In this document: positions 13,320 through 25,974 of the stretch, one piece after another
Position numbering within the stretch: position 1 is the first letter of the stretch
How the letters are laid out: each line of letters starts with the position of its first letter
Assembly (NCBI GenBank): GCA_964016885.1
Contig: OZ024743.1
Location: 24,118,001 to 24,182,000, forward strand
Direction of reading: 5' to 3'
Source of the DNA: Eledone cirrhosa
Lineage: Eukaryota
DNA length: 64,000 nucleotides
Program-made: the position numbers and the translations under genes
Notes under the pieces: generated by a model
What the model was told of the DNA's origin: nothing
The model's database searches: none
What the model saw: the letters and a program-made list of their open reading frames with translations, nothing else

Positions 13320-14200
13320 GTTGTAGTGATGGTGGTGGTGGTGGTGGTGGTGGTCGTGGTGGTGGTGGTTGTGGTGGTGGTGGTGGTGGTGGTAGTGGTG
13401 GTGGTGGTCGTGTTGTTGTTGTTTTTGGTGGTGTGGTGGTGGTAGTGGTGGTGGTGGTGGTGGTGGTAGTGGTGGTGGTGGTGGTGGTAGTGGTGGTGGT
13501 GGTGGTGGTCGTCGTCGTGGTGGTCGTGTTGTTGTTGTTTTTGGTGGTGTGGTGGTGGTAGTGGTGGTGGTGGTGGTAGTGGCAGTGGTGGTGGTGGTGG
13601 TGGTGGTCGTGGTGGTCGTGTTGTTGTTTTTGGTGGTGTGGTGGTGGTAGTGGTGGTGGTGGTAGTGGTGGTGGTGGTCGTGGTGGTCGTGTTGTTGTTT
13701 TTGGTGGTGTGGTGGTGGTAGTGGTGGTGGTGGTGGTGGTGGTGGTAGTGGTGGTGGTGGTGGTGGTCGTCGTCGTGGTGGTCGTGTTGTTGTTGTTTTT
13801 GGTGGTGTGGTGGTGGTAGTGGTGGTGGTGGTGGTAGTGGCAGTGGTGGTGGTGGTGGTGGTGGTCGTGGTGGTCGTGTTGTTGTTTTTGGTGGTGTGGT
13901 GGTGGTAGTGGTGGTGGTGGTAGTGGTGGTGGTGGTCGTCGTGGTCGTGTTGTTGTTTTTGGTGGTGTGGTGGTGGTAGTGGTGGTGGTGGTGGTGGTAG
14001 TGGTGGTGGTGGTGGTCGTCGTCGTCGTGGTGGTCGTGTTGTTGTTGTTTTTGGTGGTGTGGTGGTGGTAGTGGTGGTGGTAGTGGTGGTCGTAGTGGTG
14101 GTGGTGGTGGTGGTAGTGGTGGTGGTGGTGGTGGTGGTGGTCGTGGTGGTCGTGTTGTTGTTGTTTTTGGTGGTGTGGTGGTGGTAGCGGTAGTGGTGGG
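13320..14200. repeat. (TGG)n/(TTG)n compound repeat with higher-order units
   Basis: Unit GGTCGTGTTGTTGTTTTTGGTGGTGTGGTGGTGGTAGT recurs about 9 times. Confidence 0.9.
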
Positions 14201-14240
14201 GGAACTAGCCATGTTTGTATGTTTTGTTTGTAGGCTTTGC

Positions 14241-14300
<60 letters not shown>

Positions 14301-14414
14301 GGGTGTGTGCATGGAAGATGTGATTATTTCGACCCATGCTGACAGTTGTGGCATGTCTTAGGTTGCGTTCTTATACATTGATATATATCTATATCTATAT
14401 ATCTATCTATAGAA

Positions 14415-14465
<51 letters not shown>

Positions 14466-14638
14466 TATATATATATATATACATACCTATGTACCATATG
14501 TATGCATATGTATGCATACACTCACTCTCTGTCACACACACACACTCACACACACTCACATATATATGTGTGTGTGTGTGTGTCGGTTTAGTAACCAAAA
14601 TTATGAATAAAGTTTTCGTGATGCCTACGATAGATTTC

Positions 14639-15230
14639 TATGTATGTATGTATGTATGTATGTATGTATGTATGTATGTATGTATGTATGTATGTATGTA
14701 TGTATGTATGTATGTATGTATGTATGTATGTATGTATGCATGCATGCATGTATGTATGTATGTATGTATGTATGTATGTATGTATGTATGCATGTATGTA
14801 TGTATGTATGTATGTATGTATGCATGTATGTATGTATGTATGTATGCATGTATGTATGTATGTATGTATGTATGCATGTATGTATGTATGTATGTATGCA
14901 TGTATGTATGTATGTATGTATGTATGTATGTATGCATGTATGTATGTATGTATGCATGTACGTATGTATGTATGTATGCATGTATGTATGTATGTATGTA
15001 TGTATGTATGCATGTATGTATGTATGTATGTATGTATGTATGTATGTATGTATGTATGTATGTATGCATGTATGTATGTATGTATGCATGTATGTATGTA
15101 TGTATGTATGTATGTATGTATGCATGTATGTATGTATGTATGCATGTATGTATGTATGTATGTATGTATGTATGCATGTATGTATGTATGTATGTATGTA
15201 TGTATGTATGTATGTATGTATGTACGTATG
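14639..15230. repeat. (TATG)n microsatellite with CATG variants
   Basis: Direct reading. Confidence 0.95.
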
Positions 15231-15584
15231 CATAAGCGTGTGTGTGAGAGTATGCATTACTATGCATTTATAAACACATAACATAAACCTAACCCCCCCC
15301 CCCCCCACAGACACCCCCACACATACCCCCCCCCACACACACGCGCATTCCCACAGATGTAAATATATGATAATGACAACAACAACAACAGCAACAACGA
15401 CAGTAATGACCGTGGAGACGACACGAGCACGAAAACGATTTTATTTGCATTGATGGATGTTGATGTCAACCAATAATAAGATATTTTGAAAGATTTCAGT
15501 AAAGCGTCTTCATCTATTTGACAGCAGAGATAAACTATAACATGGTTGCTAGGGTGGTTGTTACGAGGTTTTATCGAGCTAAAA

Positions 15585-15930
15585 TGGGAGCCTCTCTCTA
15601 TGTGGTTGCTTGACAATCTAGAAATAGCAGCCAAATTTCCCTCGAATCACACGGGAAGAAAGAAAATTCAATTTGAAATATACAAAAAAGACAATGGTTA
15701 CGATTAAAATGTTTTTTTTAACATAAGTCTACTCAATTAAGGCCAACCGGGGGTTAAAACATGTATCATATGTATGCTTGACAATCTAGAAATAGCAGCC
15801 AAATTTCCCTTCAATCACACGTGAAGAAAATTCAGTTTGAAATATACAAAAAAGACAAAGGTCACGATGAAAATGTTTTTGATCATAGGTATACTCAATT
15901 AAGGCCAACCTGGGGTTAAAACAACAACAG
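15585..15930 (+). mobile_element. Tandemly duplicated (~170 bp) fragment of a third interspersed repeat family
   Basis: GCTTGACAATCTAGAAATAGCAGCCAAATTTCCC at ~15608 and ~15776; the CTAGAAATAGCAGCC motif also appears at ~11463, 16280, 16495, 51250 and 52120. Confidence 0.6.
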
Positions 15931-15939
15931 TAAGATAAT

Positions 15940-16089
15940 TGGTTCTACTTTTGGTTATTTTATCGACCCTGTAAGGATGAAAGGCAAAGTTAACCTCGGC
16001 AGGATTTGAACTCATAACGTAAAGGGTCATAACTCTACGCTGCAAAGCATGGTGTCTGACGCTCTACCGATACTGCCACGCCACCACAT
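15940..16089 (-). mobile_element. Major tRNA-derived SINE with 9 bp TSD
   Basis: TAAGATAAT at 15931-15939 and 16090-16098 flanks the SINE. Confidence 0.85.
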
Positions 16090-16712
16090 TAAGATAATGA
16101 GGAAGTTCAAGAGAAAGTTTTGGATTCCGTTTATATGTATATTATTGGGGTTGTTATTTAGCCCAATCCTCCCCCAAACCAGAATATCATCAAAGAAGTT
16201 CCAGCTCTGATCATTCAATTTCTCTCTTTTTTTTTAAAATAAAAAAAAAACAATGTGGCCCAATTCGAGGGATATCTGGCTGTTATTTCTACCAGGTCGG
16301 GCGATAACGCAGAACCATCCTTGTTGATGTAGTTTTATACCTCTTTCCCAACACAACGACTGATCAAGCGGTCTGGCGAGATAAACTTTCCAGACGTGAA
16401 CGCTGTTTTACATTTTGTATAACAGATTGCATTGTTAAGTGTGTATCCTTATTTATTTAAAACGTTTGGCGCTGACATGAAAACGATTTGACTGCTATTT
16501 CTAGTATGTCAAGTGATCGCGGAGAGTTTACCTCGTTGGCTTATCAACTAAAGGGCGATAAAGTATAGAAGCAGTTTTTTCTTCGATGTTGAGAGCCTCG
16601 AAGTTAGTCCCGATCAAGTAACCTTATGACGAAAGGTGTTCCAGCCGTGCCCAACTCATATTTTTTTAATATCAGGAACTGCACTGTTCAATGTGCATTC
16701 TTCTTTATTCAA

Positions 16713-16899
16713 AGGGCGATGGTTTGGCAGTATCAGTAGAGCGTCAGACACCATGCTTTGCAGCATAGTTATGGCCCTTTGCGTTCTGAGTTCAAATCCG
16801 CCGAGGTTAACTTTGCCTTTCATCCTTACGGGGTCGATAAAATAATGTACCAGTAATACACTGGGGTAATCGCTGGCCTTGTGACAAAAGTAGAAATTC
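16713..16899 (+). mobile_element. Major tRNA-derived SINE
   Basis: A-box TGGCAGTATCAGTAG, B-box GAGTTCAAATCC, core. Confidence 0.85.
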
Positions 16900-17813
16900 T
16901 TCTTTATTAAAACGATATTGTGTGATTTGAAAGAGATTCGGATTTGTTTCTCGTAAAACGTACGTCTACTTAGAGAAGACGATTCCAAACTTAGAATGTG
17001 TTGATGCTTTTACAGATCCTTCATTGATCGCAATAAGGCACTCAGTAAAATAGTGTGGTAATTTCTGAGTTTAGCGAAACATATTCAAAACAGGATTTAT
17101 ATAATGTGTACATTCATAAAATCAATTCATTATCAAACTTATTTTAAATAATAAGAATGGTGTTTGGGTCTGGTCTCTTCCCATCCTCATTACTGAGGGT
17201 CGGGGACCAAGGACAATCTATGTGGCCATGATTCCCATCGGAAAACAATCACGTTGGGGGGATCCTCGTCCGACCAGAGCTAAGAAGCTGACTACCTAGC
17301 CGCAGTACATCCACCTTCATCACAAGGATGAAGCCATTGACCACTTGAAAGGTCGTCACCTAAGTGACTAAGGAGTCTTGTCTACTTCTGTTATGAAATC
17401 AGATTAATCCTTCTCCTAGACAACTACCAGCTAAGGGTAACGAGTACTGTCTACCTATATTGGTGGGCCGTTCACTCTCCTGAGTTTCTCCGCCATTTGA
17501 ACAATACTATACAAACAGAAAAAAATATAATATTGATTTATAGGACAGGGAACAAATGCAACGTAGAGGTGAGCTGCTTAGTGGGTGTGAATGTTTCATC
17601 TAAAGTTGTGAAAAAAGAAAACGTCTTTGGTGAATTAATGCGGAACTTTTTTGGCTATATATTCTCATTTATCATTTTACCGAAGGTCAACTAATCCAAC
17701 AAATGGACAAAAATCCTCGGAATCCTAAATTTTACTGAGAAAGAAAAAAGTAAGTCGACTTCCATTCTCTAAATCTAATAGGTTAAAGAAATTGTCATTA
17801 TTTCTAAAACATT

Positions 17814-18002
17814 GAGGGCGGTGGATTGGCAGTATCGGTAGAGGGTCGGACGCCATGCTTTGCAGCATAGAGTTACGGCTCTTTATGATCTGAGTTCAAA
17901 TCCCGCCGAGGTTAACTTTGCCTTTCATCCTTACGGGGTCGATAAAATAAAGTACCAGTAATACACTGGGATAATTGCTGGCCTTGTGCCAAAAGTAGAA
18001 AC
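17814..18002 (+). mobile_element. Full-length major tRNA-derived SINE with 18 bp TSD
   Basis: CATTATTTCTAAAACATT at 17796-17813 and 18003-18020; intact A/B boxes. Confidence 0.9.
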
Positions 18003-18532
18003 CATTATTTCTAAAACATTCTAAAGATTCTTCATTTGCGTTTCCTTGAATGAACGTAGATATCCAATCACCTATGTGCATATTGTATACATACACACAT
18101 TCATAGATATAGAGGAAGTAATGAGGCACACACTCATGTAATAAGGCGACAGAGACATGTAGACCTATTTCACGACTGCGTGTATATTCACACAATAATC
18201 CACGTATATGATGAACACATTGCACTCATTAACTTACATACCTAGATATCTCTGGAGCTGTCTTGATTCAAACAAGTCTTGTTACTTTGTACGTGACCGA
18301 CATGAATTCTTTAAAGAACATAAATAAAATCCCGGCGAAAACACATGCACACACACATACATACATACATTCATGCATATATACATACATTCATGCATAT
18401 ATACATACATACATCATGCATATATACATACATGTATGCATGTATGCATATATACGTAATACATATATAATATATACATAATACATACATACGTAATACT
18501 TATATAACATATACATAATACATACACAATAT

Positions 18533-18835
18533 CTACAAGTACAATCCATTAATGGAACAGTAAAATATGTAAAACATTCCAAAAATGTTGCATCTAATAA
18601 CTGCATATACACATGTACAGATACAAAACATATACACATGCACACATACAACTCAAAACAGACACATCCACACATACAATAACATCCATATCTACACATG
18701 CATACATACATACATATCTACCTAGTTGATGTGTAAATTCCAATGAGAGAGTCTTGTGTCTATGTTAGAAACCGACTCTCTCTCTATTGGTAAAACTTTG
18801 TGAAATTATAAAACCAGAAGAACATACATACATAC
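18533..18835 (+). mobile_element. Extreme 3' end of an RLE-type LINE (tandem partner of 18840-19570)
   Basis: Direct repeat of 19250-19570 (last codons plus 3' UTR) ending ACCAGAAGAA-(CATA)n. Confidence 0.8.
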
Positions 18836-18839
18836 AATA

Positions 18840-19570
18840 CAATCCGTAGAAAAGATAGCCCCGATAATAAACACATTAAAAGCTACAACAATGTGGAAGA
18901 CATCCATATATACATAATATGAAAGAGTACTGGTGGAATGTTCCAGTAAAAATCCCAATAAAATGCAGGCATAACAGACCAGATATTATGATATGAGACA
19001 GGGAGAAGAAAGCATGCACAGTAGTGGAAATTAACTGCCCAGCAGATGCCAATATAATATCAAAGATTAGCGAAAGCGAGAATATTTATGCAGAACTGAT
19101 GAGAAATCTGCAGATACTCCACCCTGATTACACCTTCAGATTTATGCCTGTGATTATTGGGGCACTGGGATATTTTAGTAACTGCCTCAATACAAATCTT
19201 GAGAAGCTAGGCTTCACAGGAACAGAAAGAACACAACTAGTTAGGAAATTACAAGTACAGTCTATTAATGGAACAGTAAAAATATGTAAAACATTCCAAA
19301 AATGTTGCATCTAATAACTGCATATACACATGTACAGATACTAAGCATATACACATGTACATATACTAAGCATATGCACATGCACACATACAACTCAAAA
19401 CCTACACATCCACACATACAATAACATCCATATCTACACATGCATACATACATACATATCTACCTGGTTGATGTTGTGTAAATTCCAATGAGAGAGTCTT
19501 GTGTCTATGTTAGAAACCGACTCTCTCTCTATTGGTAAAAATTTGTGAAATTATAAAACCAGAAGAACAT
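18840..19570 (+). mobile_element. 5'-truncated RLE-type (R4/Dong-like) LINE, pseudogenised
   Basis: KEYWWNVPVKIPIKCRHNRPDIMI*DREKKACTVVEINCPAD..Y..FMPVIIGALG..KICKTF; 3' UTR ends in (CATA)n. Confidence 0.85.
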
Positions 19571-19600
19571 ACATACATACATACATACATACATACATAC

Positions 19601-20050
19601 ATGGTGGCTGCCAACTCGTTTTCGAGTACGGCCACTACTTTATATCCATGTAGGAGAACCCCTACTGATGCGCTGAACGAGTGTGACTTTTTAGTCCAGC
19701 CAGCGACTTGAAAGCTCTGGTACAAACACTACACTTGTGACAATTATTGACACATAGTGCTGGGCCCATGGTACCATGTGACGACAAATGCAGAGAGATC
19801 TCCAGATATAAAGCAATGCCTGTGCCGTGAAGCTTTTATAGTGAGCAAAGGCACTGCACAAAGCCAGTCCCACTCTCTTAACCAAGATGATATTTACCAA
19901 AAAGAAGAACAAGTCAACATCATTGGATACCATCAGGGTTGCAGGTGTTATATCAGAGTTTTCCTTCTCCTAGAATTCTGCCTTGACAAAGGCTAAGGGG
20001 TCATCTCTCCCAGTGATTTTGGATGGCCATTGACTCTTAAGAGCTCCTTT
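19601..20050 (-). mobile_element. RTE-related non-autonomous retroelement/SINE
   Basis: Near-identical to 10600-11010; flanked by (CATA)n on both sides. Confidence 0.65.
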
Positions 20051-20085
20051 GCCTACATACATACATACATACATACATACATACA

Positions 20086-20119
<34 letters not shown>

Positions 20120-21279
20120 CAATACGGTCATCACAACACTCAGCGTAGATGGAAGCGAACGTCGGACAATATTTTGCGGTATTCTTTCCGGATCTCTACG
20201 CTCTGAGTACATATTCTAACGAGGTTAACTTTATCTAACTTTCATTGTTTCGATGTGGATAAAGAAATTACTAGTCCAGTACTGTACTTGATTCTTCTTT
20301 TGTATCTCTTTCTAGCACACACTCTCTCCTTGTATTTCTGCCCTTCTCTGGTAGAAACCGGCCATGTTTAGGCCTAGAGAGATGTTCCCCGCCAAGTTTT
20401 TAAAAAATGCCCGAGACATGCCTCATGTGGCGATGCTCCTCCCTTAGGATTCCATTAGGACTGTATAGGTTTAATACACTGTTCTTCGAATAAGTCTGTG
20501 ATCTTATAGAAGAAAAGAAGTATTCATATCACCTACACCTTTTGAAATGAAAACATTCAAGTTTTGGGAAAAAAAAGCCCACCACCATCTACGATTGGTT
20601 GTTCAGAATAATATTTGATAAAACAATCAAAGTCCATATAAGGAAGAAATTAATGGATTCGCCTACCTTAAAACATGTATAGATTCTGAGGAGTACAATC
20701 ACCATTTTGACACTGACCATATCAAGCAGAACAGTAATGTTGTTCAGCTTGAGAATGGGTCCTACGTGGTGGATAGCAATATGGCCACCTGATATAATGG
20801 ACTCCTGTCGGATGAATAAGCAACCTTTGACCAACAGCGGCAAACTACTAGGGGAGATGGAGTAATGGGTGACACTTAACTCCCAAGAAAACTCTCACAA
20901 CTCAGTGATGTAGTTACGACAAGGCGAGTAAAAGTTGTCCCTAAAAAAACATAGTATTCGCGGGTCTGAGAAAAGTACCAAATTGGTGACTGGTACAAAT
21001 AAGACCACCAAAATATAGCAATATGGCCAGAAACTATAAAGGCATTCATACCTCATCATCCTTTGTGCGGGTTAACAAGGGATGCGTTCAGGTCTCTAGG
21101 TAGAGGGACCTGTTCGAAAAATATATTGCAGTCTCCAGCCAACGCTGCAACAACTGGCGATCGGCCTGCGAACTGTCCTGGGAGGGGTGGGGTTGATGCA
21201 CAAAAGTTAAATATCCCGAGACCCCTATTAGGGTCAGGAAGAAAGGAAGAATAATAGGAAGAGGAATTATTTTATGGAA

Positions 21280-21515
21280 TAATTTATATTCACTCATATT
21301 GCTCAAGTCCACCCAGCTGGCAAAAATATGTTGTACCTGCAATTGAAACAGTCAGTCTTGTCATACACTGTGTTATGCTGAATCTCCTTGAGAACTGCGT
21401 TAACGGTACTCGTGTCTGTGGAATTCTCAAGCACTTGCACGCTAATTTCACAAGCAGGCTGCTCCATTTACCAAACACCTGGAACACGCATCATCGGAAC
21501 TGACGGAGTGACAAC
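21280..21515 (+). mobile_element. SINE fragment, second family
   Basis: Homologous to 3165-3395 (GCTGAATCTCC..GAGAACT..CGTGTCTGTGGAAT..GACGGAGT); ends in (CA)n. Confidence 0.65.
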
Positions 21516-21517
21516 AC

Positions 21518-21562
<45 letters not shown>

Positions 21563-22641
21563 ATATCGACAACGATAAAGTAATACATTTTGCCACTGAA
21601 TGTATTTTTTGACTTGAACGAACAACAGGTGGTTTTCGAAAAACTAAAATAAAATCAGTCAAAAAAAAAAAAAAAAAAAAAAAGAAAAGATTAAGGTAAG
21701 GCTTTGAAACCAAGAGCAACAAATATAAGATATCTGATGATTTATGTCGGATACGGTTCATTAAATTTAATGGAAGAGTCGTTTTAATCCTGTGTCTAGA
21801 CATTTGTTTTTGCAGAAGCTTGAAAAAAAAACAACAAACAAAAATTTCGACAATGACATTAAAAATAAGAATAGAATAAATAAAATAAAGCTACAATAAA
21901 AAGATCTGAATGACATCCATCTTGGTTCCCTCATTATCGAATTGACGACCATAATATTATGGATCAAGTGGTTGTTACATGCTTGTGAAATACTGGACAA
22001 ACGTTACAAACCCCATAAACCTGACTAAACCAGTCGAGTCTACGAATACTTAGTTTTCTGACAAGAATAATTTAGACTGTTACAATAGTAACACAGCCCG
22101 ACTTCACACATGGGGAGTTTCTTCTACGTGGTTGCCCGAATTGTTAGGAATGGCAGTCAAACATCCTTAAAATAACAACACAGTACTTAAAAAAAAGCAT
22201 TTTGGATAATGTGGTCCTAGGTTCCTATGTCTACACCGACAGAAAAACCGATGTATATTTTGTGTCACATTAACACCAATATCGACAAATGTAGATCGAT
22301 AAAATAGGTGCCAGATTGAAATAAGTTGATATGACCGACAACATATTTTAAATGCCGAGCTCCAGCATGGTCGCAGTCCATGTACTGACACGAGCAAAGG
22401 AATAAACGAATATATAAGAACATAGTTGAGTGTTTGTAAGCACGTGAACTTGTTTGTGTTGTGTTGTATGTGTGTGTGTATGTGTGTGTGTGAGTGAATG
22501 AGTAAGTGTGTATATGTGTGTGTATCTGAGTAAGTGTGTTTATGAATGAGTGTGTCTGTGTGTGAGTATGCGTGTGTTGTGTGTTGTGTTTCGTCGAAAG
22601 TAGAATTTTAGTATTTCTTTTAAACTTTAAGCATTTTTCTA

Positions 22642-22863
22642 GGGCGGTGGATTGGCAATATCGGTAGCGAGTCGGACGACATGCTTTGCAGCATAGAGTT
22701 ACGGCCCTTTACGATCTGAGTTAAAATCCCGCCCAGGTTAACTTTGCCTTTCATCCTCACGAGGTCGATAAAATAAAGTATCAGTCATGCACTGGGGTAG
22801 ATTTAATCGACTTCCACCTCTCCCAAAATTGCTGGCCTTGTGCCTATATAAGAAACCATTATT
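22642..22863 (+). mobile_element. Major tRNA-derived SINE
   Basis: A-box, degenerate B-box, core, 3' AGAAACCATTATT. Confidence 0.85.
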
Positions 22864-23106
22864 GATGAGCTCTCGTATTGGAAAGTTAACAAATCGCGTA
22901 TATTCTAGCTCTCTCTCTCTATCACTCTGACACACACATACACACACACGTGCGTGTGCACACACACACATTTACATATATCCAACCATAGATAAATACA
23001 AATACAAGCATACTTCCTCCATGTCGGTAGACACATACACACATATATATGTGTGAGTGCATTTGTATTATTTGTATAGGTATATATATGTGTGTGTATA
23101 TATATA

Positions 23107-23623
23107 TATATAATAATTGAATATAAAAGAAAGATAAACACAGATATATAGATATATGTGTTCAAATCGTAAGGGACCAGATTCGCTAAGGTGAAAAGAA
23201 TACTAACTATAGACAATAGGGTTTGCCAGACTCAATTTAAGAATAAATCAAGAAAATGAATACAAACCGGAATTGTGGTAACTACCAATCACCCAGACAG
23301 CGTTTGGCTATGCTGTTTCGCAAAATTATTGTGAAGAGGAATACCAAATCTTGCTCATTCTTCACCCACTGATGAGCAAGAATCGGTATTCCTCTTCACA
23401 ATAATTTTGCGTAACAGCATAGCCAAACGCTGTCTGGGTGATTGGTAGTTACCACAATTCCGGTTTGTATTCATTTTCTTGATTTATTCTTAAATTGAGT
23501 CTGGAAAACCCTATTGTCTATAGTTAGTATTCTTTTCACCTTAGCGAATCTGGTCCCTTACGATTTGAACACATATATCTATATATCTGTGTTCGTTTTT
23601 CTTTTATATTCTATTATAATATA
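23107..23623. repeat. Near-perfect ~515 bp fold-back element
   Basis: 23107-23358 is the reverse complement of ~23372-23623 with a few mismatches; left end abuts (TA)n. Confidence 0.9.
23362..23441 (+). ncRNA. Type I hammerhead ribozyme with GAAA mutated to GTAA
   Basis: Stem I TCACCCA/TGGGTGA; CTGATGA (23369); stem II GCAAGA/TTTTGC; GTAA; stem III ACAGC/GCTGT; GUC site at 23432-23434. Confidence 0.75.
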
Positions 23624-24164
23624 TGGCTCGGAGATATCTCTTTCTTGGAGCTATTTTGTTGTAAGAGACTATTTTGAGTTCCTAACTCAATTTATACCTT
23701 TGATATACACACACATATATATATATATACATACATATGTATACACACACACACACACACACACACGTACATATGTATATAAATATATATATATATGCAT
23801 GTATACAAATACACATATATATATATATGCATGTATACAAACACACACACACACACGCACACACATACACACACACACACATATATATATATATATGTAA
23901 CTACATTTAGAAAGATGAGTGTACAGGTGCATGAACTAACTTAAACGGATATATGAGGCCCAGAACACACGAAATACTTCGCACTACACGCCCCCCCCCT
24001 CAACACGTCCTCATCGGATTAGACTTTAGAAATAATTCCCACATTTTAAATACTCTTTCAATAATTTCATTTATCAACTACGTTCCCCCACTCCACATCT
24101 TCCTTCCCTGGCCCCTCCTCCTCCTCCTTCCTTCCCATCATCACCATCATCGTCATCAGTAACA

Positions 24165-24255
24165 CCTTCTTCTTCTTCTTCTTCTTCTTCTTCTTCTTCT
24201 TCTTCTTCTTCTTCTTCTTCTTCTTCTTCTTCTTCTTCTTCTTCTTCTTCTTCTT
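24165..24255. repeat. (TTC)n microsatellite
   Basis: Direct reading. Confidence 0.95.
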
Positions 24256-24579
24256 TATCCTACTTTGTTTCTCATTCAGGTACTTATCTATGTCATAAAA
24301 AGTAAAAGTCTCTCCCTCTTCCCCTCTCGATCTGTCCCCCCTCTCTCTCTCTTTCTTTCTCTCTCCCCCCTTCTCTCTATCTATCCACCCATGTATGTAT
24401 GTACCTACCTACCTACCTACCTACCTACCTACCTACCTAACTACATACCCACCTACCCACCTACCTACCTACCTACTTACCCACCTACCTACATACCTAC
24501 CTACCTACCTACCAACCTACCTACCTTCCTACCAACCTACCTACCCACCTACCTACCTACCTACCTACCTACCTACCTA

Positions 24580-25934
24580 CGTCATCTACTACCGCCTGAC
24601 CGTAGTGCCCTGCCCAAGGGAAACCCTCACCAAGATGGAGCGCGCGCTCTTCCAATTCCTTTGGAAGAGGCGGGCTCCTATGGTGAGGAGATCTATCTGC
24701 TGTCAACACCCTTCGAAAGGAGGGCTGGGGATGCCGTGGCTAATGATGCGTAAACACGCATTAAGGCTACGGCACCTCTACGTATTCCTCACCGGATAAC
24801 CGGTGTGGGCCTCGTTTGTGAGACGAACCTTTCCCAGACTCGTCTCACTCACCGAGCTGCAATCCTGGGTCAAGCAAAGACCGAGAAAACTGGGCGCCTG
24901 GCACACTGAGTGTGCCCAGGCGCTCACCGCCCTCTGGCAGGCGGATCCGGTTATCAGTGGAGACTCCACCGCAACATTCTATAGAGGGCTGGTACGCAGC
25001 AGGTGCGACGACGCCCTCGGAGAAGCCCTAGACATGGAGGAGGACGAACTGGCCGGCCTGTTCGGTAGGACATTCAGCCCGGGACCTATGGACAACTTCC
25101 AGAAGTCCCTGGCCTGGCAGTGCTACCGAGGAGCTTTACCCGTTCGAGAAAGGCTCTACAGACACGGGCGCCCGGGTAGGGACCCCGCCAAAAAGATCTG
25201 TCCCAGATGCGTGTGCGACGAGGAAACCGTTGCACACGCATTGGTACACTGCTCGGGCGTAGCCGATCTGTGGGGCTATGTCGAACAACTGCTGTCAAGG
25301 GTGGGACCGATCCGGTTGACCACCGAGTCTATTGTAATGATCAAGCCGCCTCCCCCCTTCAAAGATGAAGCAGAGGCGGTGTTTCTGTGCGTAATAGCCA
25401 TGGCGAAAGAGGTTGTATGGTGGACGCGTCTGAAAGGACTGAGGTCAGGCACCTTTCTCTCTGGCCAACAACTGGTCCGTTTCTTCCGATATCATTTCGG
25501 AAGAAGGATCAGGATGGAGAGAGAGGTGCTGCACCCCAGTCGTTTTTATGAAAGGTGGGTGAAAGTGGCGAGAATGGCCCGTGTGAATGGGCCTTCTCTT
25601 TACATAAGCCTGTAGGTGGAAAAGAGGAAGGAACGAGGGAGCACCCCCTCTCTGTGCTCCTGAGGAAAAGGGTTGCACACTTTTTTCGGGGGTGTGTGCG
25701 ACCCCCCAAGGCGCCTCCTCTCTATTGAGGATTTTGTTATAAATTTTATTTTTTGTTATATTTTATAACAAAATCCTCTATTGAGGATTTTGTTATAATT
25801 CTATTTTTTGTTATATTTTATTTTATTTTTATATATTGTTATTGCCTCCTCCCTATTGAGGACGCCTTGTTTTGTAAACTCCCCCCATTGTACTTGTCCC
25901 ACTTTTGATGCCCTTGTGGCAAATAAAAGAAACA
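24580..25934 (+). mobile_element. Tx1/L1-clade LINE copy 2 (5'-truncated, one in-frame stop at ~24797)
   Basis: [12 protein letters not shown].. to CCHC finger and stop at 25615; preceded by (CCTA)n, followed by TCTATCTA. Confidence 0.95.
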
Positions 25935-25974
25935 AATCTATCTATCTACCTATCTACGTACCGCCCTATCTCTA

